This document shows, in pieces, positions 19,291 to 28,849 of a stretch of 64,000 nucleotides of DNA. The stretch comes from a virus (lineage: Duplodnaviria > Heunggongvirae > Uroviricota > Caudoviricetes): the IMG/VR virus record IMGVR_UViG_3300043399_000596; one strand, written 5' to 3'. The stretch's first letter is position 1, and each line of letters starts with the position of its first letter. The notes under the pieces are model-generated. The model made no database searches and had not been told where the DNA came from. It saw only the letters and a program-made list of their open reading frames with translations. Both the position numbers and the translations under genes were made by a program.

Positions 19291-19672
19291 GCTAACTTAC
19301 AAAGAGCAAATAACCCAAACTGTATTAGACCAGCTTGAAGATAGTTATTGGACCTTTGACAACGCAATGAAAAAATGGTGGCAAAACCCGAGGCGGGACG
19401 TTGGTCTTCGCCTCAAACCTATGGGTGATCACGAATTCAGAAATGCAGGTATAGAATATTCAGACCACGAGATAAAGAAAATAGGTAAAAATTTTTACGG
19501 ATTTGTAATAGATTTAAGCAAAAAAATTAAATGCCCCTATTATATTGATGTAAGTAAGAGTGAGACAGGAAATATCCCCTACATTAGACTCTACGATAGC
19601 AGGATAGCAATGATGCTAACTCTATACGGGGATTTAGAATCATATTTAGAATCAATAAAGGTAAAGAAATGA
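19283..19672 (+). CDS. hypothetical protein
   Basis: ORF track. Confidence 0.4.
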   Translation: MTKLTYKEQITQTVLDQLEDSYWTFDNAMKKWWQNPRRDVGLRLKPMGDHEFRNAGIEYSDHEIKKIGKNFYGFVIDLSKKIKCPYYIDVSKSETGNIPYIRLYDSRIAMMLTLYGDLESYLESIKVKK

Positions 19673-19839
19673 CAGAAAAGAAAAGCCCTAATCCATTTAT
19701 TAATATGGCACGTGAAGCTAAAGAACGTAATCTAAAAGTTGCTCCTGAAAAGGCTGCACAAGTTCAAAAAGCAAAAGCACCCAAACCCACCAAAGGATTT
19801 GGATCATCTGTAATGAGAAAAACTGGTCGTGGGGGCTAA
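19669..19839 (+). CDS. small basic protein (56 aa, below ORF-track cutoff)
   Basis: ATGA-coupled to upstream gene; 'MTEKKSPNPFINMAREAKERNLKVAPEKAAQVQKAKAPKPTKGFGSSVMRKTGRGG'. Confidence 0.35.
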   Translation: MTEKKSPNPFINMAREAKERNLKVAPEKAAQVQKAKAPKPTKGFGSSVMRKTGRGG

Positions 19840-19858
19840 ATACTTAAAGGAGAACATT

Positions 19859-20029
19859 ATGAAATTTTTAATCACAACTTTATTATCTATGGGGTTGCTT
19901 GCACCTGCATTTGCTACAGAACCTGCAGAAAAGCCAAAAACAGAAATGAAATTGGCTAAAAAGAAAGCTGATAAGGACAAAGAAGCCAAAGAAAAGAAGG
20001 ATAAAAAGTCTGAAGAAGCTAAGAAATAA
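19859..20029 (+). CDS. secreted Lys-rich small protein
   Basis: SD 'aaggagaacattATG'; signal peptide 'MKFLITTLLSMGLLAPAFA' then a KEKKDKK-rich tail. Confidence 0.45.
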   Translation: MKFLITTLLSMGLLAPAFATEPAEKPKTEMKLAKKKADKDKEAKEKKDKKSEEAKK

Positions 20030-20124
20030 TATATTTTACGCTATCATATTAGTGTAAATACTAATATGCAGTTAGAGTTCTGCCTATAAAAACTCAATTA
20101 AACACACTTACACAGGAGAAAATT

Positions 20125-20403
20125 ATGTTTAATCAATTCGCATTCCAAGCCGTCGACGGCATTCAATCTGCTAAAAAGCAATTCGTAAACACTTTCGTTC
20201 AACACGACGGATTCCAAAAAGTTCTAAATGGTTTTGTTGATGCTCAAACTGAGTATACAAAAGCTGCCATCACAGCTGGTTCTGACGCAATGACAAAGAC
20301 CAGTGAGATTCTTATGGATCGTACACCGTATGTCAAATTCGTTGACAAAGTTTCTGAGTATTTCCCCACAGCCGCTTGCGCTAAGAGCAAGAAAGTCAAA
20401 TAA
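20125..20403 (+). CDS. hypothetical protein
   Basis: SD 'acaggagaaaattATG'. Confidence 0.4.
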   Translation: MFNQFAFQAVDGIQSAKKQFVNTFVQHDGFQKVLNGFVDAQTEYTKAAITAGSDAMTKTSEILMDRTPYVKFVDKVSEYFPTAACAKSKKVK

Positions 20404-20405
20404 TC

Positions 20406-20594
20406 ATGTTAGGCGTCATCTTAGCATTTGTTGTTTTAGCCGTTGTGGGCGCTGTTGCACCTGCAATAGCTAAAGGTGATAACTATGGTTCTCGCCTAGA
20501 AAACTACATCGTCAATAATCATCCTAAAGATGCCGCTGACGTTGAACGTTTAACTAGAGAGTACCAGGAAAGAGAACAAAGGACTTTTCTATGA
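20406..20594 (+). CDS. small membrane protein
   Basis: N-terminal TM helix 'MLGVILAFVVLAVVGAVAPAIA'. Confidence 0.35.
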   Translation: MLGVILAFVVLAVVGAVAPAIAKGDNYGSRLENYIVNNHPKDAADVERLTREYQEREQRTFL

Positions 20595-20679
20595 AAATGT
20601 TAAAGAAAATTTTGATTTCTATTTTAGAGGCTATACAAGAAGCTAAAGCCTATAAAGCTAAGAAATACAAAAACATATT

Positions 20680-21267
20680 ATGACCGTATATATCCAACAC
20701 ACGACCATATACAAAATTCCTGAATACAGTAGGCATTTAAAGAATCTCACCGAAGAAGATAGATATTCACGCTTCGGTTATAGAATCAGTGACTACAATA
20801 TCGACCAGTTAATTTTGAATATGTGTTACAACCACAAAGACCATGAGTTATGGTATGCAAAGGTTGATGACAAGCGTGTTGGATGGGGTCATATGGCTAA
20901 GAACGATGATGGTTCTTGGGAACTTGCTGTTAGTGTTGATCACGAATATCAACGACAAGGCATAGGAGATCAATTAATTTCTGAAATGTTGACATGGGCT
21001 AAGTTCCATCACATTCCAGAAGTCTATATGCACTGTATTGAAGATAACAAAGTGATTCAGCACTTGGCAGTCAAGCATGAGTTAAAAACAAAATCTAGAG
21101 GTGATGGTGAACGTACTGCTGCACTATCTGTACCTGAGGCTACTGTTTTTGAAGCTAATGCTCAGCTATGGAAAGAACATAATGAAATCATGGTTGAGTT
21201 TGCAAAGTTGCGTAAGCGTTACAAAGAATTGTGGTCGAACGCAATTATGCCAAAACCCTTGCTATAA
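20680..21267 (+). CDS. GNAT-family N-acetyltransferase
   Basis: 'WELAVSVDHEYQRQGIGDQLISEMLTWA' is the GNAT motif A (Q/RxxGxG). Confidence 0.55.
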   Translation: MTVYIQHTTIYKIPEYSRHLKNLTEEDRYSRFGYRISDYNIDQLILNMCYNHKDHELWYAKVDDKRVGWGHMAKNDDGSWELAVSVDHEYQRQGIGDQLISEMLTWAKFHHIPEVYMHCIEDNKVIQHLAVKHELKTKSRGDGERTAALSVPEATVFEANAQLWKEHNEIMVEFAKLRKRYKELWSNAIMPKPLL

Positions 21268-21286
21268 CAAAATAGGTTTGTTATAG

Positions 21287-21592
21287 TTGCACACTAACAC
21301 ACAAAAGGAGACAACAATGTCTGAATTCAACACACCAAAACTACCCGAAGTTAAATTTAATAAAAATGGTTACGAGATTCGCACTGAAATCTTGGCAATG
21401 GCAAAAGACCTCGTGGGTCAAGATTTTCACGTTAAGTTCCAAGGTTGGGAAATGACCGCAGAACGTGACGAAAAAACTGGACAGATTGTTAACAAAGTTA
21501 ACATGCCGGAGTTTCCAGGACTTGATAAAATCCTAGAAACTGCTGAAAAGATGTATGCTTTTGTAAATCAAGCTACACAAATTAAGAAGTAA
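21287..21592 (+). CDS. hypothetical protein
   Basis: SD 'aaaaggagacaacaATG'. Confidence 0.4.
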   Translation: MHTNTQKETTMSEFNTPKLPEVKFNKNGYEIRTEILAMAKDLVGQDFHVKFQGWEMTAERDEKTGQIVNKVNMPEFPGLDKILETAEKMYAFVNQATQIKK

Positions 21593-22349
21593 TCATAGTG
21601 GGGGTTGCTATATCAAAGATCCATTGCTCAAAGCATTGTGTCTGGATATAATCAAATGGTATATGACAATATCCATTTAACCCCCATTCTGTACCGAAGC
21701 TGTTCTTTGCAATGACATGCTTCATATCTAAATCATATCCCACAATAGCCATCGCATGACTGCCGATGGTTTTTTCATTATATGATGGATTTTTAACAAT
21801 ATAATCATCCTTGTCAAGGTACAAGAAACTCTCATAAAGATACATACCTGCGACAACTGGATAATTAGCATTGACAGCATCTAGCATATCTGATAGTGTA
21901 TATAGTCTCTCATACTTAGGGACGACTCTATAACTAGCATCACGATAGCATTCAGGTGTTGGCTTCACGTTGAACATGCCAATACTGTATGGCCATAATT
22001 CTTCTGTACAAATACCGAAATGTGCAACACCTTTGATTGCGCTGCGAATTTCAACTCCTTCGTCATATTCTGTTGTCCCCTCCAACAGTCTGCCGTTATA
22101 ATAAACAAACAGTCTGCTAAGTTGTTTAAAGGTGTCTGGGTATAGGCGGTTAGTTTCTAGTTCATAACAATTTGTAATTGCATTACCTACACAACTTCCC
22201 AAGTCAAGTTGATTTTCAACCACACTATCCCATTCACGCAAATCGACACTGTTTCTTAACTCAGTATTTTTAGGAGAATATTTGTAATCACGTTTGTCAG
22301 GTGAACTGGGTTTTAACGTGAAAAAACCTAATTTTATATTAATCGCCAT
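21582..22349 (-). CDS. papain-like (C1 family) cysteine peptidase
   Basis: Catalytic Cys 'QLDLGSCVGNAI', His 'GSHAMAIVGYD', Asn/Trp 'KNSFGTEWGLNGY'. Confidence 0.65.
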   Translation of the reverse strand: MAINIKLGFFTLKPSSPDKRDYKYSPKNTELRNSVDLREWDSVVENQLDLGSCVGNAITNCYELETNRLYPDTFKQLSRLFVYYNGRLLEGTTEYDEGVEIRSAIKGVAHFGICTEELWPYSIGMFNVKPTPECYRDASYRVVPKYERLYTLSDMLDAVNANYPVVAGMYLYESFLYLDKDDYIVKNPSYNEKTIGSHAMAIVGYDLDMKHVIAKNSFGTEWGLNGYCHIPFDYIQTQCFEQWIFDIATPTMITS

Positions 22350-22960
22350 GAGCCTGCCCTAAAAACCATACTAGCGCACTGATTAGGAACGCTTATAACA
22401 TAACTAGGTTTACCGTCAATTAATTCATTAGTATAAGGGTGAATTGTAATTTTACCAGAACCCTGTCCATATTCATCTTTGATGTAGTACACACGACCAT
22501 CTACACCTTGAGGTAGTGTAATAGTAACTGCGCTTGCACTATATACACCAATGTATTCATCCTCAAGTGTTGCTGTGTAGCTAGTTGTAGTGCCATATAC
22601 TTGAATCAAGTCCGCGCCTGTGGCACTAATTACAATGTCACCGGTACTTGAACTAATTAAAATGCCCGGGCCTGCAGTTAGGCTTAGAACACCTGTATTA
22701 GTTACAGTAAAACTAGCGTAATAACCACTAGACTGAAGATTGCTAATTTGAATGCCGTTTCCTGAAGTGGGCGTGACTTCAGTGACCACAAGATTTCCAT
22801 TAGCATATAAATCGTCAAAGCTCCCACTATTAAATGTAACATTAGCATTTGGTGATAGATCCTGTTCTAAAGAGATGACTCCATCAAGTACGTTGATGAA
22901 GTCACCTACCGTTACAACACCGTATTCTGTTTTACTTGTTGGATTAGATAGGTAACTCAT
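22334..22960 (-). CDS. fibre/structural protein sharing a C-terminal domain with 23828..24490
   Basis: Thr/Ser/Gly-rich; C-terminus 'YIGVYSASAVTITLPQGVDGRVYYIKDEYGQGSGKITIHP...IDG..SYVISVP' parallels the collagen-like protein's C-terminus. Confidence 0.5.
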   Translation of the reverse strand: MSYLSNPTSKTEYGVVTVGDFINVLDGVISLEQDLSPNANVTFNSGSFDDLYANGNLVVTEVTPTSGNGIQISNLQSSGYYASFTVTNTGVLSLTAGPGILISSSTGDIVISATGADLIQVYGTTTSYTATLEDEYIGVYSASAVTITLPQGVDGRVYYIKDEYGQGSGKITIHPYTNELIDGKPSYVISVPNQCASMVFRAGSWRLI

Positions 22961-22964
22961 TTAA

Positions 22965-23351
22965 TTACTCCGTTATCGGTGGCGTCGGAGCTGGTCCAGG
23001 TGGCATTGGCTCAGGTGTTGGCTCGGGTTTTGGCCAGTTCTTTTCTTTAACTGATCTAACTCCGTCAGCGAATCCTTTCTTATACGCCTGCTTCATCATT
23101 TGCTTTGTTGAATCCGGAGATTGAGAAGTTTGGGGCATTTGTGGTTTTGCCATGTAATCCCAATCCCAATCATAATAATAATCATCGTAGTACCAGTCAT
23201 CGTAATCCCAGTACCAATCATGGTAATACCAATCATCATAGTACCAATCATCATAGTACCAATAATGATGATATGGATAGTAATGTCCTGGTTTGTTAGG
23301 TTTGTTTTGCGGGCCTTGTGGTCTTCTAGGCATTCTTGGTTTGCGTGTCAT
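22965..23351 (-). CDS. Tyr/Trp/Asp repeat protein with basic N-terminus and Pro-rich C-terminus
   Basis: 'HYYPYHHYWYYDDWYYDDWYYHDWYWDYDDWYYDDYYYDWDWDY' encoded by a DNA-level tandem repeat; SD 'aaaggagaataaaATG'. Confidence 0.5.
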   Translation of the reverse strand: MTRKPRMPRRPQGPQNKPNKPGHYYPYHHYWYYDDWYYDDWYYHDWYWDYDDWYYDDYYYDWDWDYMAKPQMPQTSQSPDSTKQMMKQAYKKGFADGVRSVKEKNWPKPEPTPEPMPPGPAPTPPITE

Positions 23352-23369
23352 TTTATTCTCCTTTATAAA

Positions 23370-23840
23370 TTAACGCCATACATTTTTTATTTTCTCAATC
23401 ACCGATGTTTTTTCAGTAGTTTCAGTAGTGAGTTCAGGGGACGGATTTAGTTCATCCTGATTAACTGGTTCACTTATAGTTGTTTGTGTAGGGGTGGGCT
23501 GTTCTTCTACAACAATTACTTTGCCGATTTCTTGACTTACATCCTGAATGAGTTCTTTCACTTCTTCGTGAAGTTTCTGTTTTTCTAAATCAGGTCTAGG
23601 TTGGTTTAGAAAATCGATAAGCCTTTTGGCTCGTTGTATGATTTCTTCTTCATCTGGATACGGTGGTATTGCCGGGTAAGGAACACTTACTCTGCGAGTT
23701 CTTAGCATAGTTTCGTTATCTGCTAACCATTGATTATGAATATTAGCTCTGCGATTATTATAATCAGAGTAAGCTAACTCTTTTGCTAATTGCAATAATT
23801 CAAGATTAGTTGGATTTCGTGCTATGCTCATATTATCCAC
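23370..23840 (-). CDS. hypothetical protein
   Basis: ORF track, co-oriented in the minus-strand block. Confidence 0.4.
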   Translation of the reverse strand: MDNMSIARNPTNLELLQLAKELAYSDYNNRRANIHNQWLADNETMLRTRRVSVPYPAIPPYPDEEEIIQRAKRLIDFLNQPRPDLEKQKLHEEVKELIQDVSQEIGKVIVVEEQPTPTQTTISEPVNQDELNPSPELTTETTEKTSVIEKIKNVWR

Positions 23841-24490
23841 CAGTTGTCCCCGTTACAAATAAGATTCACTGATTGATATGGTACCTCAATTACGTATTCG
23901 CTAGCACCATCAATTGTTTGCCAGTCTTCGGCCGGCACAATTGTGATTTTGCGAGTGCCCAATGGTGGACCCATCTCTGCCTTCACAACAATTTCGCAAC
24001 TAGAGTCGCAATCTGAGGGAAGTGTGATAGTAACCGGTCCAGTACTATTAACACCAATATAATAATCATCCACCGTAGCAGTGTAGTCTTGTGATACCAG
24101 AATTCTTTGGCATTCACAAGTACACTCTCCAGGCGGACCAGGAGGTCCTGCAGGGCCTGGTTCTCCTTGAGGGCCCGGTTCTCCAGACGGTCCAGGCGGT
24201 CCTTGAGGGCCTGGAGGTCCTGGTGGACCTGGTGGACAGTCACATGGCTCATTATTAACTCCTTGATTTATAATAACAGTATCATTGCCGGGCCCCGTGT
24301 TAATAGGAGATCCGCCAGCTAATACTTGTCTTGCTTGCTCAAATATTTTAGGATCTATTGGTTCACCTGAGTTTAATTTAAGCAATGCTTGATTAAGTTC
24401 TACTAATCTACGCTCTAAGCTATTCATAATATAATCCTTATTGAAAAATAGGCGAACCTTTGTGGGTCCGCCTATTACACTACTAAACAA
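23828..24490 (-). CDS. collagen-like triple-helix repeat fibre protein
   Basis: '[36 protein letters not shown]' G-X-Y repeats; globular C-terminus shared with 22334..22960. Confidence 0.6.
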   Translation of the reverse strand: MFSSVIGGPTKVRLFFNKDYIMNSLERRLVELNQALLKLNSGEPIDPKIFEQARQVLAGGSPINTGPGNDTVIINQGVNNEPCDCPPGPPGPPGPQGPPGPSGEPGPQGEPGPAGPPGPPGECTCECQRILVSQDYTATVDDYYIGVNSTGPVTITLPSDCDSSCEIVVKAEMGPPLGTRKITIVPAEDWQTIDGASEYVIEVPYQSVNLICNGDNWWII

Positions 24491-24500
24491 TAAGATTAGA

Positions 24501-25256
24501 TTATCTTACGTTGTTGCTTGTAGAGGATTGACCAACGCCAGCCATTGTGCCGAAGTTAACCATTCCTTGACGAGTTTCTTGTAGTTGACTCTGGAAAGCC
24601 TGAATCTGAGATTGTAGTTGTGCCCACTGACCTTGGAAGCCTGCTTGAATCTGGTTGAAACGAGCATCGTCCCAACGATCACGATAGTGACGGCGATCTT
24701 GTTCACTATTGACCAACTCTGTATTACGCTCAACTAAGCCACGGTTTAGATCGTGATACTTGAGATCATTGATTAGGTCACGAGTCTTTTCGTTCTCGTG
24801 ACTAATCTTGTCAGACAAGTATGTTGTCTGCTTGGCTAGTTCTGCTTGATTCTTGAGAGCTTGAATTTCTGTATCCTTAGTTACACCTAAGAATCCAGTA
24901 ACCATTGCCTGTTGTGCTGAAATGATTTGAGCACGGATGTCCTGTGTATCACGACCAATGTCGAAGAAACGAGCAGCAACTTTTGCGTCATGCTCAACCA
25001 GTCTGTCTGTTACACGATCGCCTTGATTGCCAACACGCTCACCGATATCGTATCGAGCGTCTTTGACATCACCACGAATGTTGAAAGATTCTTTTAAACC
25101 TTCCTTAACGATTTCGTTAGTTCCTCTTAGAACATCTGCATTAACACGGTCAAAACCTTTCATGTTTTCCAACTGAATTGTTGCGCGGTGCTCTGCTGCC
25201 TCACGGCGAATATCTGCATGTTGACCTGCTAAGTAATTTGTATCTACGTCTGCCAT
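24501..25256 (-). CDS. hypothetical protein (Q-rich C-terminus, coiled-coil-like)
   Basis: ORF track. Confidence 0.45.
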   Translation of the reverse strand: MADVDTNYLAGQHADIRREAAEHRATIQLENMKGFDRVNADVLRGTNEIVKEGLKESFNIRGDVKDARYDIGERVGNQGDRVTDRLVEHDAKVAARFFDIGRDTQDIRAQIISAQQAMVTGFLGVTKDTEIQALKNQAELAKQTTYLSDKISHENEKTRDLINDLKYHDLNRGLVERNTELVNSEQDRRHYRDRWDDARFNQIQAGFQGQWAQLQSQIQAFQSQLQETRQGMVNFGTMAGVGQSSTSNNVR

Positions 25257-25389
25257 TTTATTTTTCCTTGTAATAGAGAACTGTTACAATAGTGAACCAC
25301 TCACTGAGTAAGATTCTCTAATATTACTTAAATGACTTTACGTAACACTTTTATGTACTCTATGATAGCCTATACTTCATAACACAATC

Positions 25390-25415
25390 AAAAAAATAGC
25401 ACACCGAAGTGTGCT
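25390..25415 (-). terminator. rho-independent terminator (minus strand) downstream of the LuxR-type gene
   Basis: Hairpin 'agcacac-cgaa-gtgtgct' followed on the minus strand by a T7 run. Confidence 0.5.
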
Positions 25416-25436
25416 AATGAGATAGGCAGGAGACTT

Positions 25437-26312
25437 TTATTTTTTACTAAACAGTGCCAATTGTGTTCTGTTCTTTACATTAAATTTTTTAAGTACGATT
25501 CCAACGTGAAGTTTAACTGTACTTTCGCTAATATTCAATGTCTTGGCGATGACTTTGTTACTAGCTCCTCTTTCTCTTATCAGGTCTAGAATTTGTTGTT
25601 GTCTTTGAGTTAACTTAATTTGTCCAGGCTTAGCAATATCAGTGGTTCTTTTTGAACCAGATAACTTATCAAGAATCTGTTTAGGCCAATATGGTATATT
25701 TGCCCATTGTGCTGCACAGCCTTTTGTAGCCTCGTCTAAACCAAAATCAGTATGAACTGGTATGATACCGAAAATATTACTTTTTTGTAGCAACTTTATG
25801 GTTTCATATCGAGTATCTTTAGTAATAGCCATTGTCACAGTGACTGTGTGCATGAGATTGACTAATTTAGACATAGTGTTAACCATGTTAACGATTTCTA
25901 CAGCCGAACTATATTTCAATTCAGATTCGGCGAAACATATAGAATAAACACTATTGTCTAGTAGTGAGGGTAAGTCACTCCATTTTTTACAAATAACAAT
26001 TTTTCTAGGTTGTGCATCTAAATGTTTTTGAATTTCTGGAGTAATTTTCAATTTACACGGATCTCTATCGAAATACAAGTGAGTTGGTCTATCATCTATA
26101 GTCATTTGAACATCCTTCTTAATGTTTATAGACTTACTTACTGTGTTACCCCTTTTTAGATTGCCTTCGATAGTATAGGATGTACTTCCGTCATTTGTTG
26201 TAAAGGCTGTACTAGTACTACCTGTACTGTTGTACAGATGATACCAAACTAAACTTCCAGCATCACGTATAGGATACTGATCTTCGTTGAAATTTTCAGT
26301 GTGTGTGTTCAT
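25437..26312 (-). CDS. LuxR/FixJ-family HTH transcriptional regulator with unrecognised N-terminal domain
   Basis: C-terminus 'LTQRQQQILDLIRERGASNKVIAKTLNISESTVKLHVGIVLKKFNVKNRTQLA' is a GerE/LuxR HTH. Confidence 0.6.
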   Translation of the reverse strand: MNTHTENFNEDQYPIRDAGSLVWYHLYNSTGSTSTAFTTNDGSTSYTIEGNLKRGNTVSKSINIKKDVQMTIDDRPTHLYFDRDPCKLKITPEIQKHLDAQPRKIVICKKWSDLPSLLDNSVYSICFAESELKYSSAVEIVNMVNTMSKLVNLMHTVTVTMAITKDTRYETIKLLQKSNIFGIIPVHTDFGLDEATKGCAAQWANIPYWPKQILDKLSGSKRTTDIAKPGQIKLTQRQQQILDLIRERGASNKVIAKTLNISESTVKLHVGIVLKKFNVKNRTQLALFSKK

Positions 26313-26457
26313 AAATTTTTATAGATGGTTCATGTGTACTACTCTTTTTACTGCAAACAGAGATTGTATGCTCATTATTATAAAATTCATATAGATGCGG
26401 GTTTGTAAGTTTCATAAAGGTAATACTCTTGTTTGTTAAAAAGTTCACTTTTCTAGG

Positions 26458-26495
26458 TTGACAATAAATTAGTTTGGGCATACAATACATGTATC
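26458..26495 (+). promoter_or_regulatory. reiterated early-type promoter (TTGACA-17-TACAAT, then CAATACATGTATCG)
   Basis: 'TTGACAataaattagtttgggcaTACAATacatgtatcgattgattaaaggat' followed by the ATG at 26517. Confidence 0.65.
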
Positions 26496-26516
26496 GATTG
26501 ATTAAAGGATCATGTA

Positions 26517-26714
26517 ATGATTGACGAAGCAAAAGTTCTGGAAGTTGTTAAGTCTGTCACTAACACCGACGCATACTTTTTCAATGGTACATTGTTTCTC
26601 AACACCGGCGACAGCAAAACCGCAGTTGAAGTTTTTAGTGCAATCTACAATGGTGTTACTCCTGCAATCACCTTCTGTAAGTCCGGTAATGAAACTGTCT
26701 ACGATTTTATCTGA
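26517..26714 (+). CDS. hypothetical small protein
   Basis: Directly downstream of the conserved promoter and leader. Confidence 0.4.
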   Translation: MIDEAKVLEVVKSVTNTDAYFFNGTLFLNTGDSKTAVEVFSAIYNGVTPAITFCKSGNETVYDFI

Positions 26715-26722
26715 GGTCAATT

Positions 26723-27403
26723 ATGTCTAATTTTGTCAGTTTACAAGTTAAACATAATAAGCCGATTAAGAGGATACCTGCAGTCCCGATAAATTACAAT
26801 GCGGATGATATTTGGGCCGCGGCTGTCCAAGCACAATCTATCAATGGTGCTTACATTAAAGCCCTTGAGCCTGGTGTAATTGGCTCCGAAACTAACAAGC
26901 AAATCGTTATGCGTTTGCTTGTTGACCCTACACAAATCACACAGGAAAGCCGTGACAAGGCAGTTCTGGTTCGTCAGTACTTTAAGGGTCTTACATTCAA
27001 AGTTCTACAAGGCAAGCAGTTAAATGAATTCAATAACACGGCAATGCTGATTGCCGAGCGTGATATTATAACCACCAATTATGATATTGCTGTGATTATC
27101 AGTCTACCTGCTACCTACGAAAAGGCTATAAAGCGTGACGATGTGGATCGCCGCATAAATTTTGCAACCGGTGGCTATTTGGGCACGGTAGGTGACAAAG
27201 TAGTAATTGAATTTGAAGTGGTTAAGCAACTTTGGTCACAGAAATGGAATACCTGGTACATAACTGGGATAACTGACGCTGACCAAGTGTTGTTTTTCGC
27301 ATACAAAAAGCAAATGAATATTGGAGATCGTGTTACAATACAAGGAACTGTCAAGGGTACCCGTGACAAATCAACTCAACTCAACCGTGTAAAGGTAATT
27401 TAA
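26723..27403 (+). CDS. hypothetical protein
   Basis: 226-aa ORF. Confidence 0.45.
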   Translation: MSNFVSLQVKHNKPIKRIPAVPINYNADDIWAAAVQAQSINGAYIKALEPGVIGSETNKQIVMRLLVDPTQITQESRDKAVLVRQYFKGLTFKVLQGKQLNEFNNTAMLIAERDIITTNYDIAVIISLPATYEKAIKRDDVDRRINFATGGYLGTVGDKVVIEFEVVKQLWSQKWNTWYITGITDADQVLFFAYKKQMNIGDRVTIQGTVKGTRDKSTQLNRVKVI

Positions 27404-27531
27404 TGAGAAACTTTATTCTTGGAACTATTTTTGGAATTGTCGTGTCTACTGTAGGCTTTACAGGCATCGCACGTATGCTTGACAAAGGCATTGAAAAGAC
27501 TAAAGATATTGCAACAGAAACCATCAAGTGA
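27403..27531 (+). CDS. small single-TM membrane protein (42 aa, below track cutoff)
   Basis: TAATG overlap with upstream gene; 'MRNFILGTIFGIVVSTVGFTGIARMLDKG...'. Confidence 0.3.
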   Translation: MRNFILGTIFGIVVSTVGFTGIARMLDKGIEKTKDIATETIK

Positions 27532-27538
27532 GTTAATT

Positions 27539-28000
27539 ATGGGATTGGATCAATACGCATACATTGCAAATAAGCAAGGGCATCGCGCCGAATGGTATGA
27601 CGGTGCTGAATTTAATAAAGAAACTAATGAGTTTGAAAATCCCAACATTACCAAGCCGCAAGAAATTGCTTATTGGCGCAAGCATCCTAATCTGCAGGGT
27701 TGGATGGAGAAACTTTGGTTGCGTAAGAATGGTTATCCCACCGACAATCGAGACCAATTTATTCAGAATAAACAACCACTGGATGATTTCAATGGTGTTG
27801 AACTTGAATTGACTTGGGACGATGTTGATAAACTTGAGAAAGATATCAAAGCTGGTAGTGTCGCTAAACTAGGTACTAAGGGATTCTTTTTCGGTGATCC
27901 TAGCGATGATTATTACAGAAAACAAGACCTCCAATTCTGTATTGATGCTAAGGCAGAACTGTTCCTTGGTCGTAAAGTATTCTATAACTCAAGTTGGTAA
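27539..28000 (+). CDS. hypothetical protein
   Basis: Internal Met chosen just after the small TM ORF stop. Confidence 0.4.
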   Translation: MGLDQYAYIANKQGHRAEWYDGAEFNKETNEFENPNITKPQEIAYWRKHPNLQGWMEKLWLRKNGYPTDNRDQFIQNKQPLDDFNGVELELTWDDVDKLEKDIKAGSVAKLGTKGFFFGDPSDDYYRKQDLQFCIDAKAELFLGRKVFYNSSW

Positions 28001-28188
28001 TGAAAGTTTTTCAACAAAGGGGTTACCCCAACAATTATTACTTTGTTAAGACTTGGGAAGAGTTTACAGAAGTAATGAATTGGATGAATAAAAATGATGT
28101 AAAATTTTTACATGAATCTAGTACCCCAATGGCTATAGGTTTTAGTATCAGAAAAAATTTCGAATGGTTTAGTTTGAGGTGGTTATGA
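27994..28188 (+). CDS. hypothetical small protein
   Basis: ORF track. Confidence 0.3.
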   Translation: MVMKVFQQRGYPNNYYFVKTWEEFTEVMNWMNKNDVKFLHESSTPMAIGFSIRKNFEWFSLRWL

Positions 28189-28532
28189 GCGGGTATCACA
28201 TGATTTTGAAGTGCGAACGCATTAGAGAACGAGCAGACAAACTCGGCTTTATGCTTTGCTACCCCAAGTTCGGCAATCGTGATGTTGACATGGTTGGGAT
28301 CAAGCCTAAGGATAAAGATGCATTTCCCATCTATGCCCGTGATGCTGAATTCTTTTATGGTACGATTGATGAACTAGAATCATTTCTAGCAGGCATTGAG
28401 TGGGCACGAAACTATGATGAATATCTCAAAGTGTCCGATAATAAAAAGCGTGAGCGTAAAGAGCAAGATGAACGCAACCGTCAACTTGTTAGAATGTTAA
28501 AGGGCGCAAAAGTACCGGAGGTTCAAACATGA
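28179..28532 (+). CDS. hypothetical protein
   Basis: ORF track. Confidence 0.4.
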   Translation: MVMSGYHMILKCERIRERADKLGFMLCYPKFGNRDVDMVGIKPKDKDAFPIYARDAEFFYGTIDELESFLAGIEWARNYDEYLKVSDNKKRERKEQDERNRQLVRMLKGAKVPEVQT

Positions 28533-28849
28533 AAATTATCGCTAAAGTAGATAGTAGCCGCGTATTGTGCGAAGTTACAATGGAAGAACTTGCTTTCCTA
28601 AACGGGTATCGTAGTTCATATGAATCAGGTTTCAACAAAGAACAAATGTCTACAGTGGGCACAGAATGTAACCTCAAAAAGATGGTTGCTACCAGCCAAT
28701 TCGTTCGTAGTATTCGTAAGGATACACTACAGAAAACTAAAGACAATCTAGAAGAAATTATTTCAAAACTTGACGAGACTATGGAGACAGTTGCAGGTCT
28801 TGAACTATTCAATATCCTAAATGAGGAGAAGCAAATTGGCGACAACTGA
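28529..28849 (+). CDS. hypothetical protein
   Basis: ORF track; ATGA overlap. Confidence 0.4.
   Translation: MKIIAKVDSSRVLCEVTMEELAFLNGYRSSYESGFNKEQMSTVGTECNLKKMVATSQFVRSIRKDTLQKTKDNLEEIISKLDETMETVAGLELFNILNEEKQIGDN

Noticed and set aside
23121-23450. Plus-strand Ile/Val/Pro-rich ORF and 23105..23299 His/Asn-rich ORF over the Y/W/D-repeat gene
   Set aside because: They are antisense reading frames through the tandem DNA repeat. Only the minus-strand frame has an RBS and fits the co-directional minus operon.
24107-24322. Arg/Ser-rich plus-strand ORF and 23983..24252 minus ORF over the collagen-like repeat
   Set aside because: They are alternative frames through the GC-rich G-X-Y repeat. The collagen frame is the long, RBS-bearing one.
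25257-26516. tRNA genes or CRISPR repeats in the larger intergenic regions (19673-19858, 25257-25436, 26313-26516, 61316-61553, 63877-64000)
   Set aside because: No cloverleaf-compatible stems with a T-loop GTTCRA-type box and no regularly spaced direct repeats. The regions are better explained by promoters and terminators.
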